Notes: generated by a model not told the origin, from the sequence alone. DNA of 64,000 bases from Octopus bimaculoides (GCF_001194135.2 NC_068984.1:114799-178798); one strand, 5' to 3'; positions 48,501-61,110 are shown, numbered from the stretch's first letter. A program made the numbers and translations.

Positions 48501-51448
48501 TTTGTTTTTATGTTCAGTTCTAATAAAAACAATTTTACATAAATCTGAAGAGTTACTCTGTACTTTTGTAGAGTACAAATTTATTAAACAAGAATATTCT
48601 TGACAGTGACTTCAAAGTTTCCACCAGTTAAGCCAACATCAACAGTCTGACAATGGCTTAACTGGTCAAAACTTTGAAGTCAATGATATTCTTGTTTATG
48701 AATAATAAATATAAATGAAAAAAAAAAATTCCCACACACCCTACCCCCAACAAACCAAACTACATCTTTTCCTCTTCTCTTCCACACATTTCCTCTTTCT
48801 CATACACTCTACTTATGCTTATTCCTCACTCCCCAACCCTGTCCCCACTGCCTTGCTCATTGTACCATCGCTCTTGTCCCCCACCTTCTCTATATACCCA
48901 CATTTCACCAGTCATTCCAACCCCAACCCCCACTCTGTTGTACATTCATGTGAAGTCCCTACTCGCTACTCATGGACCCTTGGCAATACTCTACCTTCTC
49001 AGTTATATTCTGATCCCCATATCTTGAGAGGATCTCCTGCCACTTCACCACCACCACCACCACCTCTCTCTCTCTCTCTCTTGCCCTACTCTTCCATGAT
49101 GTTTTATTCTGATCCTTGTACTTTGAGGGTCTACCCTCGCACTTCACCACCAACTCTCTCCCACTTTCACCTTCTTGCTCTCTTCTACTCTCTCTCTGAC
49201 TGGGTAACCATGTACCTCCTCTTCAGCAACACACCTGTTTCTATCCCCCTGTCACACTCTAATCTGTCATCACCTGGCACAGGGCCACCTCCTCCCATGC
49301 CCACCTCTCAAAGGATCTTTGTCTTGCAAGTCACTTGGTGACCCTGCTGCCAGTCCCCATTGTAAAGTGGTTGGAGCCTGGAAGAGCATCCAGCTGTAAA
49401 ACCTCTGCCAAAACAAGCCTTGCTGGTGTTGCTATCATGTAAAACGCACTCAGTCCACTCTGTAAGGGGGATGGTGTTAGGAAGGGCATCCAGCTGTAAA
49501 GACCCTGCCAAAACAGACAGTGAAGCCTGGTGCAGACTTCTGCTTAACCAGCCCCCTTTCAAACTGTCCAAGACATACCAGCAAGGAAAGGGGACATTAA
49601 ATGAGGATATACATAAGATGGACCCTCCTGTCAAAGATGGTGTAAGAGTGTTCAACAAGAAGACAGAAAAAAAAAGAAAAACTATCAACAATACACTATT
49701 CACCAAAGTTTACAATTCATTTACTTCACCAGGTGACTCCTCAGGCCACCAAAAGCAATATGGATATGAGTGTGATTTATTAAACCAGCATGTGGTCAAG
49801 CTGTGAAATTACCATGTGGACAATGGTAGTTTGTGAAAAGACTGATGTTGTGTTGGTTTACTTTCCTATTTTCTGGTAACTGCTCTTGATGAAGTACCCT
49901 TTGAATTTCAAATTTTGAAGCTGGAAAAAGCACTCCCTCCTCCAGTCTGCATGGTTTCTTGCAAGATTCACAAAGTTTCCTTTCCTAATATTCAGGCATT
50001 TCAAATTATCTTTGAATATTTCCTCCTACCCTCAGTAGTGGCCAGGCAACATTGTGTCATCAATTTATACGCTGATCATAAAAGATTTGTCTTGGTATTT
50101 GACCATTATTCATGTGTCTACACCACTGCATCTGAGAATTGATTAAGATCAGGTTCCACACAATTTGCATCTACCAAATTCACTCACAAGGTATTGGTTG
50201 ACCTGGGGCTATTCTAGAGGACAATCCTATTCTTCATTACATCAACTTGAGAAAGTAAAGCATCAAATATGAATTTACCAGTTCTCTTGGTCCACTTTAT
50301 CATTGGATTCAGACTCTGGTTCCAAAGGCAGTCAATGTGTGGTGGTTAGTGAGTGTAATATCCTCATCATCATTTAACATCCACTACAAGATGAAGGCTG
50401 ATTGCAAAGATGCTGAACTCTATGAAGGAGATGAAAAAAAATCCCAAGATGATTGATGTTTTGCTGTACTTGAGAAAAGCCATCTTTTACTGCAAAAATG
50501 ACATTCTAAAACCACTCAGGTGTGCTGGTACAGGAGGGGAGCAACCCCTCCCTCTCTGTCTGCCTTCATACCAATCACTCCCCTATTTATAATCACCTGA
50601 GAGCCAATTTGACACATGTTACATCTCTTCCGTTTTGGACACCTCATCTCCCACAACCACTTCCATTCCTCATTATCATCCGTCCCTAACCCTAACCACA
50701 CTATTTTTAACCCCCCCCCCTTTCTCTGCTTTCAAACACTGCTCTCTCTCCCCCCTCCACTATACTCCATTCTTAATCATGTCCCAACTTATTACAACCC
50801 CCCCTTATGTACCTCTACATCTCCCCCTCTCCTACATCTTACACGTCATCCCACTACCTTCTTCCCCTTCCTCCTCCTATATCTCTCACCTCTCTCTTCT
50901 AGTATTTCCCTTCAACTGCACCCTCACTCACTATATTATTCACCACAACCTCCACCTGTTTACTCCCAACTTACATTCCTATGAAAGCACCCACATACCC
51001 TTTTATCCCCCCCTGTGACCTACTGTCTGTATCCTCTCTTATGCTCACCCTCCTTGTTCTTTGAGTTTTCTCTAGCACCCCGTCACTGCCTTCTTTTCGG
51101 CCATGTATCTCCTCAACACTGATTCACCTGTGCCTCTCCCTCCCTCATATTTCAGCCTTTCAACACCAAGCACAAAGCCTTCCACTCTTAAGGACTCTTC
51201 TCTTAACAGTCGGAGCTTTTCCTTTTACTAGTTATTTCACAACCTCACGAGAGCTGGACGCACATGCGCACACATGGATGGATGGGGACACACACACACA
51301 CACACACACAAAGCACCCAGTACACTCTGAAAAGTGTTTGGCATTAAGAAGTGTATATTGGTATAGAAACCCTGCCAAAGCTGACAATGGAGCTTGCCAG
51401 ATCCTGTCAAACTATTCAACTCATGCCAGCATAGAGAGTGGACACTAA

Positions 51449-51481
<33 letters not shown>

Positions 51482-53113
51482 CCTGCTGGCATGAATCAGA
51501 TGCAATCATCAAGGCAGATTTTCTACAGCTGGATGCTCTTCCTGTCACTAACCTACACCTGTTTCTAAGCAAGGTAATATTTCCCTATGGTTAGACATGA
51601 TTTTCACAGAAGACTGGAAATAAAAAAAACATCTCTTGGATGACAGTGAAATTTCTTCTGTCTGCTAAATCAACTCACAACATTTTGGTCAGGCCAGGGC
51701 TATAATAGAAGATACTTGCCCAAGGTGCTGCATAATGAGACTGAACACATGGATGGGAGACAAGGTTGTTAACCACACAGCCATGTTTGCACTTGTGACA
51801 TATCAAAATTACTATCACATTCAATCTACGGTTATTAATGAGTGCAATACCTTATTAAATATCAACGTAACTATTCAAAAGTGCTCACATCCAGGAGGAT
51901 GTGTCTTTTACTTTTGAAGAAGTCTTTCTCTTCTTACAAAGGCATTTATGCTCTCACCATTTTTTGACTTCTCTTCTCTCAAAGGATTGGTGTCCAAAAC
52001 ATCAAGCTTTTTTCTTTCATTCTTCACGTAGGTGTTTATGTGGCTGGGTGGTTAAGAAGTTTCATTCCTAACCATGTGGTTTTGGGTTCAGTTCTGTTGC
52101 AAGGCGTCATGGGAAAGTGCCTTCTTTATAGCCATAAAATGGTGATTTGCTGTACTTGATAAGACATGTCAAGCCAAGTAGAATTGCTGTCAACCATATA
52201 CATGGGCTATGGTGCCTCATAAAATGCACTTGGGCTGGTGGCACATAAACTACATCCAGCACACTCTGTAAAGTGGTTGGCATTATGAAGGACATCCAGC
52301 AATAGAACCAAGCCACAAGGGACAATTGGAGTCTGGACAGCTCCTGTCAAACCATCCAATCCATACCAGCATCATTAAACAATGATGATGATGATGATAT
52401 GTATCAGCTTGCCTGGAAACAACTGAGACTTAGTATTAGGAAGGGCATCCAAACACAGAAATCTGTTTCAAGAAATTCCATCTGACCCATGCAAGCATGG
52501 GAATGGAACATAAAATGATGATGAGAGTGCCAATTATTAAATTTAATGACATTTATAAACTTTGATTCTTACATAAAAATATAAACATTTTGTGAAACAT
52601 TATAACCATTTATCATCATCATTTAATGTCTGTTTTCTTTGCATTACATAGTTTGAGAGGAGATTAAAAGGCCAAGAGACAGACTAAGCTTCATTGCCTG
52701 GTTTGGCAGGGTTTCTACATACACTTTACAGTATACAGGAAGCTTTTTACGTGGCACCAGCCCCAACAGGATCATCAAATACCTTGCAAATACCTTGTTT
52801 AGTTATTCAAGTAATCTTTGTTATTCACAGAATTCATGTTTTCACAATTGTATTTTCAGAGCCAAAGGCACAAACTGTACAATACACCAATTCCAAAAGT
52901 AACATCACATTTGTTACTTTCATCAAAAGTGGGAGTTTTATTCAAAACACTCTTTTATGCGGCAACTTTTGTTTTCAAACAGCGTGCTGTACTGTCTACA
53001 GATTTGATTCTGTTAAATACAAATGTGAACTCTACCAAAAAGATTTTACAAGTAAAACTGAATTAATTTGTACTGAAAAATACATAACATGTTACACCAA
53101 GATCACCAACTGA
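34748..53113 (+). CDS. Secreted C-type lectin-like domain + PAN/apple domain protein, join(34748-34808,39154-39366,47380-47589,52860-53113), 245 aa
   Basis: Spliced protein: MAISLWITIYCMFGILKTADCLNKCDEDVSTCKGSKPYQKVYFDSTDSCYYDFNVNSSYYEAKTSCEEMGAHLLTIESEEEQTFVVTKLSIRKSGRWLALEKTGDGWVWYYNTIQKTLNFSKLLRESGVEENVRAFTQYNQWQPESAEAMHPFVCEFDIKAEPKAQTVQYTNSKSNITFVTFIKSGSFIQNTLLCGNFCFQTACCTVYRFDSVKYKCELYQKDFTSKTELICTEKYITCYTKITN*. All three introns are phase 1, GT-AG. CTLD hallmarks: CYY, A-x-x-x-C-x-x-x-GAHL-x-x-I-x-S-x-x-E, WLAL, W-x-W, FVCE. PAN hallmark: C-x3-C-x4-CC-x11-C-x-L. Confidence 0.85.
35020..35290 (-). mobile_element. GC-richer repeat resembling an RTE LINE 5'UTR
   Basis: Contains CTCCTGCAACCAAGCTGGTGCCAAACGTA, a motif I associate with RTE 5' regions; no ORF attached. 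Confidence 0.45.
36040..36445 (+). mobile_element. RTE-clade LINE 3' fragment
   Basis: GLSLRVKGKLYNACICPAMLHGSETWA and downstream RW(F)GHV/GRGRP-like remnants. Confidence 0.85.
36800..37720 (-). mobile_element. Helitron RepHel N-terminal remnant (pseudogenised), antisense in lectin intron 1
   Basis: Interrupted minus-strand frame: charged R/E-rich start (QRKRRPTESEETRAKELKE), then ICSHSKAFRCPVELKYLCCF*GKVKLGKLHPPLP...SFARDIRS*YN, resembling the Helitron C-x2-C..CC-x2-GKV-x-L..F-x2-NIR-x-YN region. Confidence 0.7.
39154..39366 (+). CDS. Lectin gene exon 2, N-terminal half of CTLD
   Basis: TTTTTAAG acceptor, GTAAGT donor, 213 nt open; ...SCYYDF...EAKTSCEEMGAHLLTIESEEEQTFV. Confidence 0.92.
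43200..45410 (-). mobile_element. RTE-clade LINE RT, split by an insertion/gap at ~44060-44590
   Basis: [39 protein letters not shown] and CWFGHV motifs in collinear order on the minus strand. Confidence 0.88.
47380..47589 (+). CDS. Lectin gene exon 3, C-terminal half of CTLD
   Basis: AAG acceptor, GTAATC donor, 210 nt open; GRWLAL...GWVW...HPFVCEF. Confidence 0.88.
48210..48478 (+). mobile_element. Young (GAT)n-tailed repeat (family C; SINE or RTE 3'UTR derivative), representative copy
   Basis: GAGTGGTTGGCGTTAGGAAGGGCATCCAGCTGTAGAAAC..CCCATGCTAGCATGGAAAGCGGACGTTAAACGATGATG; nearly identical copies at 4458-4682, 34035-34192, 3415-3710(-), 5780-5981(-) and 24300-24510(-), plus many older copies. 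Confidence 0.88.
52860..53113 (+). CDS. Lectin gene exon 4, PAN/apple domain
   Basis: TATTTTCAG acceptor; LLCGNFCFQTACCTVYRFDSVKYKCELY; TGA at 53111-53113. Confidence 0.85.
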
Positions 53114-53392
53114 GGCAGCTAATGGAATGAATTTGATCAAAAATCTCTTTCATTGATGTGAATGAAGCAAAGAAAGAGAGAATGTTCTTCAGGAAAAAGA
53201 GCCAGGACCAAGGTCATTGAAATAACCAGTTAATGTTATGTGTTGCCTGTTTATTTATATAGATTAGAGGCTGAAATTGTTTTTTAGAACTGTAGCTAGA
53301 ACCAAATACCAAAGTCAATCTACAAACCAACAAATACATTACTTTTATTAAAACATCATAAATAATAATCATTCATTGGGTGATATTTTGAC

Positions 53393-53500
53393 ACAAGGTC
53401 ATGTGATATTGTGATGTAAGGTCACATGATATTATGATAGTAAGTCAGATGACAGTATGATGTAAGGTCATGTGATACTGTAATGCAAAGTGTGATGATA
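53393..53500. repeat. Degenerate ~23-bp tandem repeat (AAGGTCATGTGATATTGTGATGT-like), 4-5 copies
   Basis: Visible periodicity in the presumptive 3'UTR of the lectin gene. Confidence 0.6.
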
Positions 53501-53557
53501 ATCAGAATGTACGTTACTGTTTTGTTTAATTAGAAGTTTCATATAGTTTTTTGTCCA

Positions 53558-53563
53558 AATAAA
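53558..53563 (+). promoter_or_regulatory. Possible polyadenylation signal of the lectin gene
   Basis: AATAAA ~445 nt after the stop, followed by T-rich sequence; alternative signals exist nearby. Confidence 0.3.
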
Positions 53564-53994
53564 TTCAAATGATAATTTTTAAAGTTCATTGTTTTTCATT
53601 AAAAAAAACTACTTTGTTCTCTAGAAATGTGCTTTTTTGTGAAGACAGTTCTATTTTGCTGTTATTTAACCCTTGGTCAACCTTGTTCATGCAGCTCTAC
53701 AATCAATGATGTTTCAGCCATGATCACCTAAATATCAGGAATTATATGCTGATGTGCAATTTATATCCCCCACCCCATGCATTTTTATTTGCATCTTTTA
53801 TACAATTTTTTCCCAACATGGTTCAAAACCACTGTAGCATAAGGGACTACAAAGAAGGAAAATAAGGGGCCAACAAATTCAAAAGATGTCAATAAACAGA
53901 AAGCTTAAAGGACTGAAAATTTAAATTGATATCTTCCACTTATACAAATAAAAATATAATAGTAATACTTTTGACCACCAAAATCAACCTCTCA

Positions 53995-55603
53995 CATCTT
54001 GTTCTATTTTGTGCTGCATGGTGTTTGTTTGATTTGGATTGTTTGAGGAGTGCTTTGTTGTTTTTGCTGTTTTGCAGCGGTTTGGCTGTTGTGCTTTCTC
54101 TCTGTGAGAGATGATGGCTAGATATTCCTCGACTAACTCGGTATATTCAGATATCAGTGAATTTGAGTTGTCATCATTGGAGGAGGAGCTCATGAGAGTG
54201 GTACAGAAAATGGACAGGTATTTGGAAGGGAAGACCTTCGCTGAAGTCACAGGAATCCATAAAAAGGAAGTAAATGGGAAGGATCCGAGAAGGTTCGAAA
54301 ACATGGTGGATAGGGATGGTGGCGGTGTTAAATTGTCACCACCCAAGGAAATAATGGAAAAAATGATGGAGAGGATCATTGTCTACAAGTTGTACTCAGT
54401 GGAAGATAAGAAGATCACTTTAGAGTCAACAAAAGTAACCGAGAGAGCACTGAGGCAAATTTGGTGAGGTATAACTTACTTTGCCAGAGGAAGACGTTTT
54501 GGAACAGTGAACGTTCATTTCAAAAGTACGGAGAAAGCAATGGAACACTCAGTAACACCCCTGAAGACGGACAAAGTAGTCCTCCTTCCAATGTATTTGG
54601 GAAGAAGGACTGCTAGAGTCAAGGTGGAAGGAATTCCCCTGGAAATAGACGTGGCTTGGGTGGCAGCAGCAGTGCTTCTGGGAAGTAAAGAGCAAGTGAC
54701 AGTCATCCAGGCCACGGAGACAGAGGCTACGAAATGGCAAGGTAAGACTCTCAGAATCATAATTTAGTGCACTACGGAATATTTGGAGAAAAATGGCAGA
54801 GACCATAACGATAGGTGAAGTGGTGTTGAGAGTATGGGCGGAGGGTAGAATCCCTCGCTGCTTCAAATGTGGCCAAAAGGGCCACATCAGAACAGATTAC
54901 CAGGAGAAAAAGAAAGAAAGCAGGAAGGAAGAACGGAAGGAACCAGAAAAGGGGGAAGAAATAGCAGAGAAGATGGAGGAAGAATCATGGAAGGTGGTGA
55001 AACAGAGAAAGAGAAAGAAAAGAAGTCAAGATGAACAGGAACCCTAACCCACACCCATCCCCCCTCAGCCCAACCCTCCTCCTGCAGACACCAAACACAC
55101 CCATTCCCTCTCGACAAAAAATAAAAAGCAGAAAGAAGTGCAGACACACATGAAACCACAAACCTCCGCTCCCAATTGTTATAATGTTTGAAGAATTTAA
55201 TGCAGACTTGTTAAGTAAAAGAGCAAAGTGGAAGGAAAAAAAAAAAAAAAACGAGTGAACTCCGAAGGAAAATCATGGCACAAATATTTTGTGGTGCCTA
55301 AGAATAGATTGGAGGATGTATACGAGTGCAAAGGTGATTATTCATGTTGGAGAATTGACTGCAAAATATGAGATACGATGATGAACTAAAAAATATGGCA
55401 TTGGTATGGCGGTGAACGAAGGAATTGAAGGAAGTGACACTACCTGAGGTGGGGCAGGTAGCTCATTTCCATGTATCATTTTCATCATCATGCATTATAT
55501 CACATGTTTTTATATGTTTTTTTAATCTTTTTTATATGTTTTATGTCCCCACATGTCCATGTAATGTCCCTTTTGCGTTGACCACTTGTGGGTAATTAAA
55601 AAA
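53995..55603 (+). mobile_element. L1/Tx1-like non-LTR element: ORF1 (RRM-like + zinc knuckle) and 3' tail, ORF2 absent
   Basis: Interrupted ORF 54111-55047 with PRCFKCGQKGHIRTD (last Cys lost) and a basic/acidic tail; ends in ...CTTGTGGGTAATTAAAAAA. Confidence 0.7.
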
Positions 55604-55859
55604 TCCAACCTTCTACATCCCAAATATGGAATGCAGGATAAGGTACTGTTTACACAAAATTGTCATGGATTACCAAGATGAATTTAACAAGGAGATATAT
55701 ATACAAACATTAAAATTTTCTTACCAAAGTCTACCTACCTAAATCAAAACCAGTAAATTTTAATTTATTTTTCAAAAATATCTTTTTCATATATTTTTCT
55801 GATTTTTAAAATAGCATTCGATATATCATAAAAAAAAACTTTTATAAGCCTTACACAGC

Positions 55860-57110
55860 CTTTGCAACACTATGAGTGAGTGTTGAAACAATTAATGAAT
55901 TGCTTAAGTGTGGATGTGATACATCTCAACTTTACAAAGGCCTTTGATAAGGTTGATCGTGGGATGATAAGTCACAAACTACAGAGACTCGGCATAATTG
56001 GGAAAATTGGAGAGTGGTTGCATGACTTCTTAAAAGACAGAAGCCAGGCTGTAGCAGCCAACAGAGCCCTCTCCACAGAGACATTAATAGAAAGTGGAGT
56101 GCCTCAGGGAACTGTATTGGGGCCACTACTTTTGATGGTGGCTCTTTCAGACATGCCATCAGTTACATAGATAAGCACAGTTACTAGCTGTGCTAACGCC
56201 ACAGTCAAGGAACCTTCTGATGCTAATCTTCCACAGGAAGACCTAGATGCCATATATAAATGAGCAGAGGAGAACAACATGCAATTTGATGCAGCAAATT
56301 CCAAGTCCTCCGCTAGCTGCTAATTGGTGCTCAGAAGTCACCGCAACGATACTTTGGCCCAAAAAGAGTGTCAATCTTAGAATCACATACGGTGCATGAT
56401 CTTGGGATTGATATGAACGACAATGCCTTGTTTCACATGCATGTCACCAAGATGGCAGCAGTGTGCAGGCAAATGGCCAGATGGATTCTGAGAACCTTCA
56501 GAACAAGGGACCAGGAAACTATGCTGGTCGTATGTTGGACATTTGTCCTCAGCCATCTGGACTAATGCTCTCAACTGTGGTCACCTTATACTGTAGGATT
56601 AATAGCAGAACTTGAGGCAGTTCCGTGATACTACACGAGGAAGATTGCATCAATGGAACAGCTGAGCTACAGGGAGAGACTGAAAGAGCTACGACTCTAC
56701 TCCCTGGAGCAAAGACGGGAGAGGTACACAGTGATATATGTATAGAAGGTACTGGAGGGGCTGGCACCAAACTTTGGAACTGAGAGTTATACCAGACCTC
56801 AAAATGGATGTCACTGCACTGTTCCAAAAGTCCCAGCTGTCTCATTTAAGGTGAGGACCATGTACAGCAATAACTTGGGATTCGAGGGCCCATAACTATT
56901 TAACTTCTTGCCAAAACATCTGAAGGATCTCCGTGGAGTGGGAATAAGTGTTTTCAAGAAACAGCTTGACCTCTTGCTATCCACGATTCCAGAGGAACCA
57001 ATATCAAGGCAGGAAACTCAAAAGAAAGCAGTGGTATTGAACTCTCTCCTTCACCAAAAGCCAATCCCATAGAATTGGTAAATTAAAAGGTGATTATACT
57101 GGCGCTGCCT
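55860..57110 (+). mobile_element. CR1/L2-group LINE, 5'-truncated RT and C-terminus
   Basis: LNFTKAFDKVD, SGVPQGTVLGPLL, HDLGIDM, WILRTF and LSYRERLKELRLYSLEQR-like motifs. Confidence 0.9.
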
Positions 57111-59989
57111 TAGCACACACACACATACACACACACACATACACACACACACACAGTGTTTTTAAAAACATGAATAAACACAATGAAGACTTCAATGGTT
57201 GTTGAATTAAGATGCTATTACATTGTTGATCACATGGTCACGAGTTTAATTATAATGACTATTGTGTCAGGCATCAAATAGTAAAAGCAACTGCATAAAG
57301 AATATAGAAATAATATTCAACAGAATGAAGATGACAACAACTATTAAAACAATTAGATGCATTATAAAGCTGGAACAGCACTTATATAATAGAAAACTTG
57401 AATAGAACACTAAAATTTATCCAGATTCTAGCTAAACGGTTTAGTTACTCCAGTACCAATAAGGAACGGTGGAAACGATAACCCTGACAGAGTCTAATAA
57501 GACACAGATATTCAGAATCGTCCCTCTTTCATTTGCTCAGCATATAAGCAAACCAGTATCATCCAACCAGAATGCTTCTAGTTGCCACTATGAGTAACAT
57601 CAGGAAATATATGGCAAGCAAACAATAGACATCAACTTTTATCAAATTTGTTGACGTTTATATAAAAATGATAAAACGAATTTTCAAAAGAAATATATTT
57701 AGAATTTAATAAAACAGATTTTTCCTTTGCATAACACCTCCTATAACTGTCATTCATTCTCTCTCCTCTCTCTCTTCTTTCTTTCTATGTATGTTTATAG
57801 TTTTCCTTTACTCACTGTCTGCCATGGAGCCTCATATGTGCATTGTTCTTGCACTTCTTATGTTAACTTTCTCTGTGTCTCTTTTTCTCTCTCTTCCTCT
57901 TTCTACACGATATAAAACATGACTAGAGGAATCAACCAACCAACATTTATATTAGCCATGATTACAGAGATGTGTCCTCTTTTTAAAGATAAGTTTGCTA
58001 CAAGAAATTGAACTTATTTCTAGTAAGCCATGTAACTATACACAAGAGTCCTTGTTCTTTCACTCCAAGCCTGTCATAACTGAGTAGATCTATGATGAAA
58101 GACACAAACTTTGACCATCTAACCTTTTTTTCTTGCAACAGTCTACCTTGGGATATATTATTCAATATGCAGCTTTCTAAAATGGTGGCGAGCCAGTAGA
58201 GTCGCTAGAGTGTTAAATAGAATGACTTATGGGTATTAGTGATGAGTACAGAGAGTCAAAACAGTCATCCTTTTAATGTTCACCTTTCCATGCTTGCATG
58301 GATCAGGTGGAGTTCTGGTAGATTTTCTACTGCCAGATGCCCTTCTTGTCAACAACCCTCCCTCATCTGCTTCCAATCATGGCCAGACATGTTTTCACAC
58401 AATATTGAAAATTAGTGACACCGCTTGTATAATAGTGACACTTGTTTACACAATGTGAAGAGGAGACAAATACACACATGTACATACACACTGGGTTTCT
58501 CTCAATTTCTGTCTACTAGATCTGTTCACAAGGTTTTGGCTGGCCCAGGGCTATAATAGTAGACACTTGCTCAAGATGCCACACAGTGGAACTAAAGTGG
58601 AAACCATGTGATTGGGAAGTAATCTTCTTATCCACACCTGATATCAAATCCCATCACAGTCAATTCTGGGCATTCATTCTTTTGGATCTTATAAAGAACT
58701 ACCAATCTAGCTTGATGGATTGGCAGGACAAGATTATCAGACTGGTGCCTTGAGATATTTCTTTTAGGTCTCTGCAATCTGAATCAAATAGTGTCAATGT
58801 GCTTAAGATAGGTGCTTGCCAACCTGCAGGTCTAGGTGTGGAAAGTGAGGCAAATAAATTCCTGAAAGAAATTCTAATACCAAATAGAGGAATCAAGAGA
58901 AGGATTCCTTCAGCTGTACCTTGGCGAATGCAAGTGAACGGGAGTGTCATTTTACCTTTTTGTTACCATCCTCCTTGCTGGCATGGGTTGGACAGTCCGA
59001 CAGGAGCTGGCAAACCAGGGGCTGATGCCAAGCACTTTTGTCTGTCTTGTGTGGCTAGTGCTTCTTTTCATGGCACCAGCACTGGCAGGGTTCCCCAAGT
59101 ATCTTGTAAGACAATGACCCCCTCAAATGAGGGGATAGTATTGAGGGAGGTGGTTTGTGCCAGTTGATGAGGTTGAAAGAATAAGAGAGGGATGGAGATA
59201 GGTGTCTTGTAGAGAAAATACAAGGATATTCTAGTTGGAGAAGAAAACAGATAGAGATGGAGAGAGTGGTGATGGAAATGTGTTGGGACATGCCGTCAAG
59301 GCCCAGTAGTGTGGTGAATGTAGGGGAAAGCGATACAGAAGATTGAACTGGATTAGGGGACAGAGGGGAAACTTCATAAGATTGTGAAGGAAGATGTTTA
59401 AATGGAATAGAGGTGACAATGTCAGGTAGCTGGGATCAAAAGGGTTATAAGAGATTTGGCATCTATTTCTAGCAAGTCAACCAACCATGTATATGGTCTC
59501 ATATTTACAAAGGTAGGACTTGAACCTGCAATCCTTTCCTTTCCTTTTCCTCACTCTCTCTCTAGCTCTTTGTCTCTCTCCCTTTCCAATAAACTGCTTC
59601 TCATGAAATACAATATATCCTGTTCAGGCTTCACACAAACAATTATCTGCTATTGTTGCTATGGTGAAAACCGTTTAATTCATTAATGTCTATTTTCTGG
59701 GAAAGCAATATATTAAAGGAAATTTAATGATGGATTGGCAGGATGAGATTTTTAGACTGGTGCCACATATCTGAGGCTGAGTTAATAATCTTATGATGAC
59801 TTTTCTCTTTCATGGAGTCACATCAGTTATAGTATAGATACAATCAACCATCATCATCATCATCATCATTCTCTTTTCCATGTTTGCATGGGTTGGATGG
59901 AATCTGTTGAGATAGATTTTCTACTGCTGAACACTCTTTCTGTTATCAACCCTCACCTGTTTCCAAGCAAAGTAATATTTCCCCATGGT

Positions 59990-61110
59990 TGGAGAAAGGG
60001 TCTCCTGTTTCATCATCCGGTAGTCAATGTGGAAGCTAGGGATAGATGAGAACTGTAAAATGAAAGTCAGCAATGAGTATGACAAGGAATTTAGTGTACA
60101 GATAGGAGATCACCAAGGATCAGTTCTCAGCCCCATCTTGCTTATCATAGTCCTCCAGGCCATAACAGAGACTGGCTCCCCTTGGGAGATCCTCTATGCT
60201 GATGAGCTTGTTCTTATAGCTGAATCATTATCTGAACTAGAGAAAAATTTCAAGTGCTGAAGCAAGGTCTAGACTCTAAGGGCCTCTGTAAAAATCAAAG
60301 TCCTAGTAAGTAAGGAAACAAGCAAATCTCAAATCCCTTCAGGAAGATGAACTACTTGAGGGAAGGTGATGGTAGAAACTCCATACAATGTACCCAGTGC
60401 AAGCTTTGGATACATAAAAGGCGCAGTGGAATCCCATGATGGTTAACAGAGAAAGCAATGTGTGTGTGGCAGATGTGCAGGTACAATAAACACTAAAAAT
60501 GTACAGAGAATAAACTTCCTCAAATGTTCAGTGGGATCTCAAAAGTAGTAGATAGCTTCCATTACCTAAACGATCAAATTAGCAGTGGAGGAGGAAGTTC
60601 TGAAAACGTAGCTGCTAGAATAAGAACAAGCTGGGCAAAGCTTAGAGACTATCTCCCTTTGTTGGTAACCAAGGGCCTCTCCTTCAGTGGGAAAGGCAGA
60701 TTGTATGATGCCTGTGTATGTACAGCTATGTTATATGGCAGCGAAGCATAGGCTGTGGACTTGCGATGGCTTGGAAAAAATGAAGCCAGCATACTCCACT
60801 GGATGGGTAATGTCAGTGTGTGCACACACACACACACACACACACAAGACAGAGTGTAAATGATTTAAGAGAAAAATTTGGTATAAGAGGCATCAGTTAT
60901 AGTGTGCAAGAGAGAAGACTAATGGTCATGTGATGCATAAAGAAGTGATCATCTCCAATTGTAGAGGGAAGCTATGGAAGTGGTTAGGGTTAGGAAGACA
61001 CTACAAAGAGGTGAGAAATGACCTTCAGATGTTGAGCCTCACATCGGAGATAAGAAAAGATTGAAACTTTTGGCAGTTTGATCTGCTTGAGAAGATCCAT
61101 CAAGCTAAGT
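59990..61110 (+). mobile_element. RTE-clade LINE RT fragment
   Basis: GDHQGSVLSPILL, EILYADEL, FHYLNDQI and KGRLYDACV motifs. Confidence 0.88.

Noticed and set aside
57540-57660. Minus-strand hydrophobic stretch resembling a signal-peptide exon (VYCLLAIYFLMLLIVATRSIL)
   Set aside because: No upstream in-frame ATG, a stop shortly after, only a weak donor, and no downstream exons found.
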